In this document: positions 12,983-27,587 of the stretch, one piece after another | Layout of the letters: each line of letters opens with the position of its first letter | Numbering within the stretch: position 1 is the first letter of the stretch | Assembly: GCF_009914755.1 (NCBI RefSeq) | Contig: NC_060925.1 | DNA length: 64,000 nt | Direction: 5' to 3' (one strand) | Source of the DNA: the human T2T-CHM13v2.0 reference genome, Homo sapiens | The notes under the pieces: model-generated | The model's database searches: none | Seen by the model: the letters and a program-made list of their open reading frames with translations, nothing else | What the model was told of the DNA's origin: nothing | Translations under genes and position numbers: made by a program

Positions 12983-13940
12983 GACAGATTGACTCCTAGC
13001 ATCCAAGTGTCCTCTATCCCAATCCAGTGTTTGTTTCATTTTGTCACTTAATCCTCAGGAGGAGTGGGGCAACGTCTCTACTTTTTTGTGCAGGAAATTT
13101 AGCTCTATCTTTCAGCACATGATTGTACTCTTTTTGCCTAAATCAAATGAGGCCGAAACTAACAGCAGTTCAGCCAAAGGAGATTTATTCAAAGGTTGGC
13201 TTCAAATTGAAATCATGTAAAAACATAACAACCAAATGTACAGTACTTTCCAGAAGACCTAGAAAATCACACTTACTTCCAATCAAGTCATAATTCTTGA
13301 TGTAGTACATTATCTTCATCCCTGTGATTGAAAGGGACAGAGACGCGTCAGACAAAGTAGATATCTCTGCCAGACATATGGAGAATGTTTCTGGAGTTTG
13401 TAGAAACCTTTAGATTGAACCAATTTTATGTCCAAACATTCAGAAGAAAAAAGTGAATAACTGGGCCATTTATCTTTCTCTATGATTAATCATGCTATAC
13501 CCATATCTGGCCATTTAGAAGAAAAACTATTTCTTTATTCAGCATTCATGTGTATATATACTGTGATATAGCTTAGGGCTGATTCTTCTGTTATTGTTAT
13601 TGTGTGTCAGCCATATGACTACTCTAGAGAACCTTGGGTTGCTCATTAGGATAATTGTGTAGAGTAATAGAAAGTTGGTAATTTTGATCAGGAAATCAAG
13701 TGTTTTTAAGGCAGAAACCATGTTGCCACAGGAGTGATAGATAAACTTGTTGGGCATGTCAGTTGTACAAAGTCAAGGCAGACTATTATGTCTAGTGTTG
13801 GACCAAGACAGACCCTCATATGCCACTAACCATTTGCATGATCACCACATTCCATACTTCTTCAAAGCCTTCAAGACTCTGTATTTTCTGAGGACCAATT
13901 TCAAAATCCTGAGCATATCAGCCAAGTCTCCCCATGGTAG

Positions 13941-14281
<341 letters not shown>

Positions 14282-15532
14282 TAAGTATCTTTTGAATGAG
14301 CTCATGGATATTTGCTGTCATACATTGTATCCTGCATTTATCCAGTAATTCTCAAAGATCTCTAAATCTTGTTTTTGTTTTTTTTTTCTGACTACAAGAC
14401 TTTTCCCATAATTCTCTGGGGAAGCCTTTTCTCACTTGAGTCATGGCCTATGCATCTGTGTAACTTTCTGTTACTGTTCTTGGGCATCCTCTGAAAAATT
14501 TGAACCAAGCACCATCTCGTCTCTATTATGCTGCACTGCACTTTCTCTGCCTCTGCTATGGCACATATCAGATTGCTCTTTACCTGTTTTATAACTGTTA
14601 TTTGTATGCCTGTATTACCTACATTATATATGCTAGGTGCATGCTTGTGTTACCATATTATAGCTCTTAGGTACATACCTGTACCCTAAAAACATGTGAG
14701 TGGTACGAGAAAAGGGATCATATATTTATGCTTTCCATGGTACATTTTCAGTGAATGTTCGAGCAGTCCGCCAACTAATCACACTAGACTGCTTGTATAA
14801 GAAAACAAAAGAAAAAAAAAGAAGAGAAGAAAGAAAGAAAGATCGATTGATCAAGGGAAAGTGGTACTATCTTTTGAGATATATCCATAGCCCTACAATT
14901 TTTTTTCAGTGCGACTATAAAGTAATACATTTTCTCTTTTTTCTTCTACTTTTTAATTTTACTTATTTTCAAGGTTCTTTTTTGAAACAAACTATGAAAT
15001 TTACACAGCAAATGTCATTTCACCTTTCAAAATGATTATATTTATTCTGTTCATGTTGACATTGCTAAGACTTTTTTTAAGATTGTCTTCTGGAATCATT
15101 TCGAAAGTCAGTCTCATTATTTTGTTGCCAGGTTACTTTTTGTTCTCATTTTGGTTCATTAAAAAAAATTTAACCCATGTTCAAAATTTGAAGATTTCTA
15201 ATAATTGAAGCAAATCCTAAATGCCAAAGAAGGGTTTATTGGTTTAAAAAATGGCATAAAATTCTTACAGAGAACATTATGCAGCCAAAAATATTATGAC
15301 ATTATGATAGGAAATTAGGAAATAATTTACATAAACATTGCTCATTATCTTTTTTGTATGTGTTGCTTGTGATAGTTTTTCTGCTTTTATTTTAAAAATT
15401 AAGCCTACAAAGAAGTTGAAAGAATAATTCAATGGACACTCAGATACCATTCACCTTGATTTATCAATGTTACATTTTATAGACATTTTATCTGCTTGTC
15501 TGTTTCTCTTTCTGTTTAGATTGATAGAGCTG

Positions 15533-15533
<1 letters not shown>

Positions 15534-15563
<30 letters not shown>
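15534..15563 (+). repeat. (TG)15 microsatellite
   Basis: Read directly; embedded in an old T-rich L1M/HAL1-like stretch (~15390-16500). Confidence 0.95.
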
Positions 15564-15565
<2 letters not shown>

Positions 15566-17159
15566 GAGTAAACCAACAAGATTTTTCTTCACCTTTACAG
15601 TCTAATGGCTAAAAAAAAAATACTAGTTTTATTAGAGTTTGTCTAGGTGATTTCTTCAGGTACATATGGGCCTTTTAAAATATGGGAGTCATGTCTTTAT
15701 CTATTTTCAGGATGTTTTTCTCTGATTTTAATTTTATATATTAATTCTATTTCATTGTTTTGCTTTTTTATTTTTCAGGGGATTATATTATTTCTATAGT
15801 AGATGTTCTATATTTACTTTCTATGTCAACTACATTTCTCTGATTTTTCTCTTTGTTTTCATTGGCATAATGCTATACTTGCATTTTTTTCAGCATTTCT
15901 TATAATCTATTTTTGTTGTTGTTGAATTAATTCTCGCTTGAGCATTTTGTTAGTTTTTATTTCCAAGATGATTTTTGTCTTTTTAAGAATGGCTTTTGTT
16001 CTGAATGTCAATTCTTATTTCATATCTTCATGCTTTTTTGCCTGTTTCTGTTTTGAAGTTTATAAACTTATGATTTAAGTTTTTCTAAAAAAAATTCTGT
16101 AAATTATTTTTTAAGGATATTTAATTCAGTTTCCTTATGCTTTATTGTCATTTTATTAAGGAGAATATATGCTGAACTATTTTGATTTGAATTTTCCATT
16201 TTTCTTGTAAAATAGTTTTGTATGAATGTTGTTTGACATTATCTTTCTAAAAAATTTTAAACATGTTAATTTTCTTAGACTAGAAATAAGTTTTATGTAG
16301 ACAAAGGAGATGTGCTTGCATGGCTCATTAGGTTTCTTAGGCCAAGAGTCTTTCTTGTAATATGGTGAAATTGATTTTCTTTGATTGCATTTATTTTTCT
16401 CTTGGGTAGGGGGATAGTGGAGGGCTGTGTGTTTTGATTTTGTGACTCTTTTTTTGTTTGTGCAGACTCCTTAAGTTTCATCTCTTTTTTCCATATTTTC
16501 CTGCACTCTCAAGCTTCCAAGAGCATCCTCTGCAAGTTGGTATTTTCCTTGCAGAAGTGGTGCTTTCCTAGGGACCTACTTCTTGTTTCATGCACTTTAT
16601 CCCTTTCCTGTTGATTTCCCAGTCTATGGTGCTCTGATCTATCAGATCTCAGACTTGTTCTTATATTTCCTCATCTCAAGGTTGGACTTTCTTTTTCTGG
16701 GCCAGGGGATGGGGGGTAAGAGCATTTTAACTGTGTACCACACTGGTCAGCTAATGCTCCCTCTGGGTATTCATGTGTAGAATCTGTGCTTGATGTGGGC
16801 TCAGGAGCTTCCTCTGCTAGATTTGGGCATTTATTTTCATATTTACACAGAATTGGAAACTTGTAGTGGTCCTTCTATCCTAGTTATTCTGCAGGCTGGG
16901 GGATAAGTGGTTTTACTTACTTTCTTTGTTGTTCTATATGACCCTTTGGACATAGTGTGGAGAAATGAAGATTTACTTTACTACATTATACTACAGGAAC
17001 TGAGAATGCCTCTTGTGACACATTTGTTCTTTTTTGTTTGTTTTGGAATCTATCAGTGGTTGTTATTGGAAATTTTCTTGAAAAGGAAATGAAGAGATAA
17101 TATTGGATACATAGAGCAAAACTTGATACAGATCCTCATGACTCATCTGTCTCACCTGA

Positions 17160-17460
<301 letters not shown>

Positions 17461-19084
17461 AATATTTTTTAATTGTAAAAGAAAGCAACAGAATGGTATA
17501 AATAGAACACTCTTTTTTATTAAAAATGTGTATATTTGCATCAAAAATTGTCAAGAAACCAGAGTACATTAATTTATTCACTCTAGTTATAACTGGATGG
17601 GGGATTATATGTGACTTTTTAACCTTTTGTATAATAAACATTAGATTACTTAATCACAAAAAATAGAGAAAAACATTTCTACTTTAGAATATTAAAAAAA
17701 ATTTGTCATAATTCAATGAAATTCAACAGAGGTTTTACATTTCTACCATAACAGAAATCACACTAGATACTGCATTATGTTCTAAATGAATTTAGAATAT
17801 GTTAATTAAGTGAATTATAATTATAATTAAGTGAACTCTTCATGCATACATATACATTTGTATACACATTCAGGAATATTTGTGTAAAAAGTTAGGCACA
17901 TCACACTTGAGGAGGGAGACAAAAAGCAATGGTAGGAGGCACAGAGAGTGAGTCCCCAGCTAGGAGTAGCTGGCCTGGGAACAGCCTGTGAGACTGCACT
18001 CCCTGGCAGAATATGGTCACCAGGTCTGGGTATGACCAGGTCCTGATTCAGCAGTAATGGGTGTACTCAAACATTCCCAAGTAATCTGTGACCTTTTCCT
18101 TTTCTTAAGTAGTTCTGATCAAGGTAAAGACATGGAATTTGGAAGGAAGAGAATAAAAACTGGGCTGAAGGTAGATAGTGATATATTGTGAAATACTTGT
18201 GCAACATGATGTTTAAAATATTTGGATAATCACTGCAATTATGTCACAGGCATTATAACATTGTTCTCTGGCAAGAGCACAATGGAAGTGCATTGAAAGC
18301 AAATAAAAAAGGCAACATAATCCAAGTGATATCAACCTTTATTTGCTAGTCTTGAAAGTTGTGGTTGAAAGTATGGAAACAGGGGTAGTGCAGAAGTTTT
18401 TTGTTTGTTAATCCAAAAGGCACTGATACCAATTATTATCATTATTTTACTTTATTGAGGGCTTATCAATTTCCAACAAGAAGATGTGGTCATGTATTTT
18501 CCATTTCATAATGCCAATGGAGTATACTATTACAATTATGCAAATATTCATTAAGAGGTCTCCATATGATTATGCTAGAAATGCCAGTACATTTTCAATT
18601 CTGAGTGACACCATACATCTGGGCAAAACAAATGTCAGTTTAATAATAATAAATATTATTACAAAAGCTCTATGCACTTATAATATCTAAATATATGGTT
18701 TGAAAAGTTTCTGGATTATTTTGTTTTTAAAAAAGTGTCTATAAAATTGTTTAGAGTATTCAACTGATTTGGCTCCACTGGGGCTAATGCCAGTCCCAAT
18801 CTTCAGCGCTTATAATTTGTACTGTTGTTTTTTGTTAAGGACCATAAATGCTTTTAGTCACATGGTTTTGGAATATAGTTAATGCTATGACTATAAATGC
18901 CTTATGTAACAGCACTTTTAGAGAAGTTGCTGTTTCTATGATTCCATACTATCACAATAGAGACATAAGAAAAGAATGTGGTTAAAGAGTAATTTCAGAA
19001 GCAACTAGAACATTGAATTTGGAGTTAAAGTACTTACGGAGAATAAGCCTTTTATATGCAATTAAAATAATAATAATTGCCAGT

Positions 19085-19144
19085 GACTTATGGGTTAGAT
19101 TCAGTTAAGAAATCTTTAATCCAATAATTCAGATATAACAATGT

Positions 19145-19179
<35 letters not shown>

Positions 19180-19600
19180 GTTTCAGCTAGTTTAAGCACA
19201 GAATACTTTACTAGAGAATATGGATAGATCACAGAAGTGTTTGCAGGGCTGAAAAATCAGTGTCTATTCCCAGCTTTCAGAAATGACTACAAAGCACAGC
19301 AGAAGCCAGAGGACTACTGTGTCTGCCACTCACAGGAATTAGCAAAATTAAGAAGCCTCCCCTCATGACTGCTGGGTCCAGCACCTCACTGTTACTGCCT
19401 TGATCCACACAAACAACCTGGATAGGTGCCTTGCATCCTGCTTCTCTCCTTGTTTCCCTGCATAACTCCCACCCAAATCAAAGGGGAATCCAAATCACAT
19501 CTGGAGCAGTAGCTACAAGGGGATATACAATAAGCCATTTTTAGTTTCTGAGCCTCTGATGCTGCAGGGGAGTGGAATGGGGTGTGAAAAAGCCTATGCA
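19085..19600 (-). mobile_element. Old MLT1-type MaLR LTR containing (CA)16 at 19146-19177
   Basis: cagctagtttaagca...gcagggctgaaaaatcag...gtagctacaagggg...tttctgagcctctg resembles old MLT1 LTRs in antisense. Confidence 0.5.
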
Positions 19601-22600
19601 ACTCTTATAACGTCAAACAAAATTAGGATTATGCTATATAGATAGTGTTACGTCTGGCATTTTTCAGTTTAAATATCACACTCATTTCTCACATCGTTAA
19701 ATAAGTTATGACATCACATATTTGAATGGCATGATTGAATTTATTGAAATAACATTTAAATCATTTTGATAAAATAGGTCCAGTTTTGTAAATTATTAGA
19801 ACCATATAGTACCTAGTGCCTAGCAACGTATGATGCACTCAATATATATTTGTTGAATGAATGAATATCATTTGAGGACCTGGGTTGACAAGAACTATAC
19901 CATCTTAAACACATCATTCTTACTCATATTAAGGAGAGAAGAACCTGAAGGGATGTTTAGGGAGCTTCATGGGCCAACCTTGTAAGTAACAGAACTTATG
20001 CATAACAATAGCTTCGGCTGGAAGAGAAGCTATTGTTGGAGAGAAAAATCATGAAGCCACATTGAAAGGCAAGGAAAGGGAGGCTACAAAATAGTGTTGC
20101 TGGGCCTTGTTACAATTCTGTTTCTGGGATACAAATTTTATAGGACAGTCTTCACCACAGCATGAGAAGGAATAAAAATCAATTTTTCTCCTTGTCTTTA
20201 GGGCCCTTTGCAATTGGATTTTCATTGGTTAATATTATTTTTGAACCTTCTAATTGTTCACAATGTATACTATTATTTTTAAATTTAACAACATTTTTTT
20301 TCCAGAATGAATGAACAAACATCAAGTGGGGACATGATGTATTTGAAATATTTTCATTACAGCAATTGGTCATACAGTTTAACTAAATGAGATCCCTTTC
20401 AGCCATCATGATATGTGCTTTTCAACAGACGCACAATTCTGTTGAGACAGCTGAAATAAGACTAGGTCTGTGAGCATCCAGATAGTCCCTGTTCTGTTTG
20501 ATATATAGAACTGGAGTAAAAATATTCTTTCTAAATTTCCTATAAGGAGTCCCCTAAAATGCAGCTGACTGGTTTATGGTCCTCTCATTTCACTTACCTT
20601 GCAATCTGATCCAGATTGCCTCACCAACTGCTAGTAGCACACCTGACCAACCCATTGCTTTTCCAGTTCTTCCTAAGACATAGGCAACACTCCTTCCCTG
20701 TTGTTTTTACTGTTTATATCTCTTATCATTAGAAAACTTGTAAGTCCTGTTTAATATATCACTAACTATATTATTGCTCAGAAAATGACTCCTATTTCTA
20801 TGCCTCTGAAATACACACACAAAATAAGACAAGGTACGTAAGCTTGACAAATGTTGACTTTGACTAGAGAGAATTTATGTCTACTGCATTGGTTGAGATA
20901 AATTAGACCTAATCACACCATCATCGTTAATTTTCTTCCTAAAGTTTTAAATGATAACAAATCAGTTAAAATGTGTACCTACTCTAAAGTAAGCAACTCA
21001 GTCTTGGGGCTATTTACACTGTCAAAGGGATAGACTTTTCAAATTATTTATTTTTATGAATAAAGAATAGATCTTACAGAAATAAAGATGTATATGGAAT
21101 CCATGGCAAAATTAGATTCATCTTAGCAAATGATCACTTGATTGATAATTATTTGTTTGATTTAGCAACTAAACTGGTTGACCAAATAATCTATTGGATT
21201 AATTTGTATTCAATTGGCCACAGATTATAGTTACTTGGAAGATTAGATGTTTAGATCTCTTTCTAGTGATCGATCTAGGCAAAATTAGGTTCTTTTCCCC
21301 AAAGACAATAAGGCAGATCATTATTTCCATTATCAGCAGCTTCAGGAAGACCTTAATTTTAAATTCTCTGAGAAAAAATTAAAAAAAATTAATAACAAAT
21401 ATTCTTCACTGTGTATTTACTAGAAGCCAAACACCATGCAGAATCTTTATTGTTTCAATATAAAAAGTAGTTGCTGAGGAAAAAACAGTGAAGACAAAAA
21501 TGCAAGTCTTTGGAGTATACATCTTAGCAGGTAGAAGCAGACACAAAATAACAATAATAAGTGAATTATGTATCAAATTTCAATGTAATAAGTGCTATGA
21601 ATAAAATAGAGCAAAGTAAGGGGGAATAGATGTGTCTTGAATGGGGCTGAAATTTTATCATTGAATGGTCAAGATAATATTAAATCTATTGGTAGAGGAG
21701 GACAATTAAAGATCCACAGACTCTCTCCATCTTTCTTGGGTTCTCGTTTACCTTGCCAGCTCCAAAGTTTGGTATCACTGGGTTTGCTTTTACTGTTTAC
21801 CATCTAGTTTGATTAGAGTGCCTTCCTCTGTCTCAGGATAAGCATGTCCTTTCCATCTGGCATACAGCTTTACCCTTGAAGCTCAGATTGAAGCCATTCT
21901 TCTCAAAGCCAACTGAGTCTTGGCTCAAACACCATCTCCTATGGTCTGTCCAGAGAAATTTCCTTCCAGCCTATCCTTGGTTCAGAGCATACAGCTAAAA
22001 GACCAAATTCATCTGAACATCTTACTTTCTCTTTAGCCCTCTCTTTACTTTCTCAAGTCAATAAAGTTTTAAAATGAAGGACGGGAATTAAGTAAACTAC
22101 TTTTATTGGCAACTCTTCTGTGTCACAGGATATGATGACTACTTTATATTTACTCGTGGAAAAATACAAAGAAGTAGGTAGTATTATTTCCATATGTAGC
22201 TGAGCAAAATGAGGCTCAGTAAGATATTGATTCAAGGACTTAAACCCAGGCCAGACATTTTTTTTTTTAATGAAAAAAGTTGCTTTTACAAAATCCTTTT
22301 TTCCAAGCTCATCATCCCAATTCCTAGACACCCATTTTACCTCTGCAGCTTCTTGAGAAAATACAGAAATCAGATATTTGTAGGACCTGTATTGTTTGTA
22401 ACTTTTCATTTCAGGGTTAGATTTGATATTTTTAACAAAATGCATCTGAATGTAGAATTGTAATTTTTAAAGATTATGAAGGTTTTTATCAAGCTGGCAT
22501 TTTCTGATTTTATATTCCCCAAAATATTTTAATAATGGTATTATTATAATCTCCAGTTTACAGTGAAGGAAAGTCAGGTTTTCAAGGTTACAGATAATGC

Positions 22601-25600
22601 CCAGGTGACATGTCTGAAAGTGGTTCTGCTAAGATGATGAATAAGTAAAACTTTATTTTAACAAAGTGTTAACCAAAACATAGCCTCCCCAAATTGACCA
22701 CGCAGAGAAATGTTATTGTTTAGATTTTGATAAAACATAATGGCTACAACTAAAGAAGAATTTTAAATGAAAACCTAATGAGAAACCACATTTGGCTTTC
22801 ATTTTTATTATAAAACTTTGGAAAATTAATATATTTGTATTGTTTCAAGTGAAATGGAATCTTAAAAAATTAACAATCTCATAACCACAGGTGTCAACTA
22901 ACATACCCCTGCTATTCCATGGTTCTTTTCCTCTTTACACTTAAATATTATTTTTGGCAAACACAAGCACACAGACACGGATACAACACACATCAAAAAA
23001 GAAACAGCTTTTAATATAAATTAAACTCAAATATAAAATATGCCCTTGTCTAATGAAAAATGAAATGACATATTTTAAAAACTCTTCTTTTAATACTTTA
23101 AAAATGTGAGGTTTGAGCATGAATGTTGCTTTAAGAAAAGTACTCATGTTATTACAAAAATAGAACTTGTGCCTGTGATGTTGCAGTTGCCATGGTTACT
23201 ACAAATTTGTTACTTAATAGCAGAGCAAATAGATTCATAAACATGCTAATTATATCTGATACATTTTTCAAACTGTTTTATATGAATATGCATATAGTTT
23301 GCATAAAAATGAATGTCCCCATCCAATAATTTTGCATGTTTGGGAACGTTTTGCTGTGTTCTCGATAATATGATATATGACCATCTCGATACAGGAAAAA
23401 AAGAAAATACAATTTTCAGGCAAATGATTTTATGATTCACAGGGTGAGTGACTGTTATTGTTAATATAAATAATGTAACAATTTATAAATGCTAAATACT
23501 TTAATATTCACTTAGTCCTTGGAAGGGTTAAAGTTTGGGATTTATAATAAAGCTCTTTTTAATCTGTAATTCCTTTTTAAAAATATCAAAAAAGAGGCAG
23601 GTATGACAAAGGGATGAATATAGTGCTGAGTTTTTGACATGAATCAGCATGCTGTAAAATTTGCATATGAAGATGAACAAATGATTTTCCAACTAAAATG
23701 TTTTCCTCTCTATAGCTTCAGTATTTGAGAGAGCTGGATGCACATTGAACATTGCAAAAACTCAAGGACTCTGCTCTCTTTATCTAAAAAGCAAAGCCAC
23801 CACCATAATGAGAAGGAAGGAAAAGTCCTATGCAGTTACATGACCATGACGGGGGAAAACTTGGCCTAGATTACCCATTGAGTGAGCCTAGGATATTATT
23901 CAAAATCGACGCAAGAAAGAGGGTGTGACCTTTCCTGAGAAAGATTTGCTTGGGAGATTTGTGACTTCAGTCAGGGCCTTATATAGCTCTCTGATGAAAG
24001 AGAGGGAATATATATTTCTCTAGAGAGTTACAGTAGAAGGGGGCTTTGCCCTAATCTTGTGATTGAGGATGTTTCCACCATCCATTTAAAACAATGTTCC
24101 ACTTTTCCTTTTATTGACGCTGTCTTTTCTCTCTTTTAATGAGGCTCTTAGTAAGAATACTATCAATTGGTTTCACTCAGAAGCCAAGTGATATTTAGCA
24201 ACATGTATGATATTAGCAATCAGCCACTTATTTGTTTACACTACATTTTTCACTTTCACAACCAATGCACATAGGATTTGGTTGCTATATTTCAGAGGTT
24301 TGAGCATGTCAGGGATACTGACTGAAAAATCTCCTCTGCAGCTCACTGTTGCCTAGTGATTGATATCAGCTGTAACAAGATAAAATGTTATGGCATCATA
24401 ATTCTGTTTGATGCAAGGTAATCTTTGATCTTTTACTATCAACAGAAGATTATAATATATACTTAGTGTGATAAATAATACCCTTTCACTGATGTCAAAG
24501 AAAGTGCAAGTTAAATTGTTAATGATTCCAATAGCTAGCATTTTAGTTGCAATTTTTTAAAAGATTGAACACCTTGTAAACAGAAAGACTAGAGTCCTGA
24601 ATGTATTATTGTTAAGCTATTACAACTTCTACTTCTTAATCATTAATTATTTTCTCTTCAAAACTGAACCAAAGGGTATATTTTAAAAACTGCTAAATGC
24701 ATAGCCTTGAGGTAAATTTTCATTGGAGGGCATCATGTCACCGAGGCGCCAATTAGAGACATTAATTCACCAAAAGATTATGTAAATTAAAAAAATCAGG
24801 AATTGAACATTTGCTATGTGAAATACTCTAAGTGTGAAAAATATCTTCCTATCTTCCTTCTACTTTAAAAATATAGTCTAAACTCATTTCTTACCACATA
24901 GCAAATGCATGCTAGATGTTAACTCTTAATATTATTTTTATCATTATTTATTGAAGGGCTTTACATATGCTGTGATCTTATGATTTACTTCAGATGCCCC
25001 TTGTTTACCTAGAAAAATTCTCATGTTTCAAGATACTGCTCAAATGCCAATCACTTCCTTTGGAGAGGCCACTCAGTGTTTCTTTCTCTCTCCTTCAGAA
25101 AAGAGAGTCGTTCCTCCTTTCTGCTTCCTTGGCACCTTGGCTGTGATTTCATTACTACTGTTTCTCCTTGCCTTGGAATGACTTGTTGCTTTATGACTTT
25201 GGGCCCCTCAGGCCAGGGAGCAGGTCTAGATCATCTGTGTCTTCCACATTCTCTAGGAACTCAATGAGTGTTTGTTAGTTGAGTTACTGAACATATGAAT
25301 GAGAATAGCATGGGGTACAAAAAGTAAAAGGCCTGAAAAAAGAAAAAAATGGAAAAGTTTTCAACTGACAAAAGTAAATGATCCTAAAAAGAAAACACAA
25401 AGTCTATTTCTGGTGTTAATCATTTCTGTCTCAAACATTACAGCTTTATGGACATACAGCCAACTTTCAGGCATTGCATTGGTTTGAGAATTATCCAGGC
25501 CCCTCACTTTTCCTTTCCTCTGGATATTACCAGTTGAGCATTTGTAAAAACCTTTCCATTGATTCCTCCAACTTGATCCTCACAATATCATTGTGAAATA

Positions 25601-26371
25601 ATTAGGACAGATATCCTCATCCCTTTTTTTTTAGAGTAGGAAACTACAGCTCAGAGAGGTTAGTGGTTTGCCCAGGGTCACATGGCTAGGAAGCCGACTG
25701 CAAATGCTCTGGATATCAGACTCCAGATAGAGGGCACTTTCTCAGAGCCCACAAACATTTCCTGAGGCTAATTACAAATATTTTGATTGTTCAGGAAATG
25801 TTTATATTCAAAATCCTTGGTTAACATTTGGGTAGCTACAAAATAAGTAGATTCAATGATGTCTATGGTAGAATGGAATATTAGACAACACGTTTCATTT
25901 TTAGTTCTTGCTACTTAAAATGATATGAAGACATTAGGAAATGGAAATTCTGAAAACTTGGTGCAACACTTTCCGTCTGTATTTCTGCAGATTCCTTTAT
26001 TTGGATTTATTGTCATGGCTAGGGATTTTTACAAATAATATTCTCTCAAATAGGGGAAAGTTTAAAAATTCTCTAAGTTCATCTTTTGTGTTAGGTTTGT
26101 ACATACAAGCCAGTACTATTCACCTGATCATATTGTATTAATTCAGCTTGTAAAAGAAAAGTATCTTTCAAAGTAGCAGTTTCCCTTATATGTTTTCCAG
26201 AATCATTGTTCTGAGAAAGATAAGAGGTATCATTGTTTTTAGCAGGTGAGAATCCAGGCTTTCTAGACAGTTATGACCCATATTCTAAAACTAAAGCTCA
26301 ATTAATTTGGATCTACAATTGCTGTCAGCTATAGTAAGTTAGAAGCATAAACTTTATAGCTGAGGTGACTT

Positions 26372-26423
26372 AAAAGATTGTACCCTAAAACTTAAAGTAT
26401 AATAATAATAATAAAAAGATTGT
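26372..26423 (+). mobile_element. Extremely 5'-truncated L1PA 3' tip (32-bp insert) with TSD
   Basis: tt|aaaagattgt-accctaaaacttaaagtataataataataata-aaaagattgt. The insert matches the L1 terminus seen at 59855-59883; 10-bp TSD at 26372-26381 and 26414-26423; TT/AAAA endonuclease site. Confidence 0.9.
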
Positions 26424-26592
26424 CCAATGAAACTTTCTCTGTTTGCACAAGAAGAAATTGTGGACTAGACAGCTTAAGAGGTTCATCCAATTTCACATGG
26501 TTAATCTGTTGGTGTAATTAGGACTTGAACCCAGATTACCATCTGCCTTTTCAGTATTCTTTTTACCAAAACATACTGTCTTTTTTGGTGGA

Positions 26593-26630
26593 TGTATTAG
26601 TTATCTACTGCTGGGTAACAAATCACCTCA
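26593..26630 (-). mobile_element. MLT1 LTR, left piece (split by NFU1 retrocopy)
   Basis: tgtattagttatctactgctgggtaacaaatcacc is the typical antisense MLT1 LTR end. Confidence 0.7.
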
Positions 26631-27587
26631 TATGATAGTGGCTGGAGAAAACTGTAGCCATTGCTGTAGAGCCTTGCTAGTGATTCTGTTAAATATGATA
26701 AATCTGCATATCTCTAAGAAACAGCCTCTTTATCAACATGTATTAAGACCACTTTTCCAACTGCCTGCCTGGTCACTATGTCACAAACTGATACATGTAT
26801 AGGACAATGATGTAGTAAAATGTATAGTTATTTAGTTTCAATTTCTGTTTCACCAGAAATTATCACTTAGTTGTAACTGCATATAAAATAAGTTTAGTTA
26901 AACATAACATACCCCAAATCCCAACAGTTTGAAGTTTATTAGAGGAAAACCAATTTTAGAGACAAGGACCATAGATTTTCCCACACCAGCTGCAGCATTT
27001 TACTCCCTTCTGGCAAAGCAGTTATTTAGGATGGAAGGAGTCAAAAATGTCTTCTTTAGCCCAGATTTCATTGCTTTCACAAGTGAAAGTGAAGATGTAG
27101 ACTGACATTTAATGAAGCCAGATATTTATGCAACAATTTTGGACTTCTTTGCACCTGGTTTATCCTTAGTTTCTGAGGAAGCATCTTCAGGAGAAGAAGG
27201 ATCTGGAAAAAAACTTATGGTAAAAATAAGAAATTGTTAGAAACTAGAATATGGCCAACTCTGGAGAAGATAAAGGAGAAATGGCCTGTAGAGGATTTGA
27301 GAATGGTGTTGTACAGCTGAAATGCCAAGGTTCTTTACTAGCTGTCCTGGTCCAATCATTGCTTTGAAATATGAAATTCAAAACATGCTCCAGCAGAGGC
27401 AGGAGATGTAGAGAATGAATGAATCAGATGAAACGAAGTGAACTCATCTTGGTTTAACCTGTGCTTTCTTTGGGCCCAGCAGTTGCAATTTCTGAGAATG
27501 TATTTTAAACTGTTATTATTAATCTTCTAATCTTCTGAAAAACTTTGTTGAGCACCAATAAAATATGCCACTTTTTTCAGAAAAAAA
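26631..27587 (+). pseudogene. NFU1P2: NFU1 (Fe-S cluster scaffold) processed pseudogene, probably NFU1P2
   Basis: Manual translation gives KKQPLYQHVLRPLFQLPA from 26716, [54 protein letters not shown]...[21 protein letters not shown] from 26911, then [42 protein letters not shown]. This is collinear with NFU1 and intronless, with TGA at 27103-27105, several frameshifts, AATAAA at 27557-27562 and an A-run at 27581-27587. The NFU1 homology is strong; the P2 symbol is from recall. Confidence 0.93.

Noticed and set aside
14680-14691. tgtaccctaaaa resembling another L1 3' tip
   Set aside because: Only 12 nt, with no cttaaagtat continuation, tail or TSD; probably chance.
23420-23443. 24-nt micro-exon (ttttcag|...agg|gtgagt)
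   Set aside because: Good donor, but the upstream region is purine-rich with almost no pyrimidine tract, and there is no coding context.
26631-27587. NFU1 copy as a functional retrogene
   Set aside because: In-frame stops, frameshifts and loss of the first Cys of CxxC.
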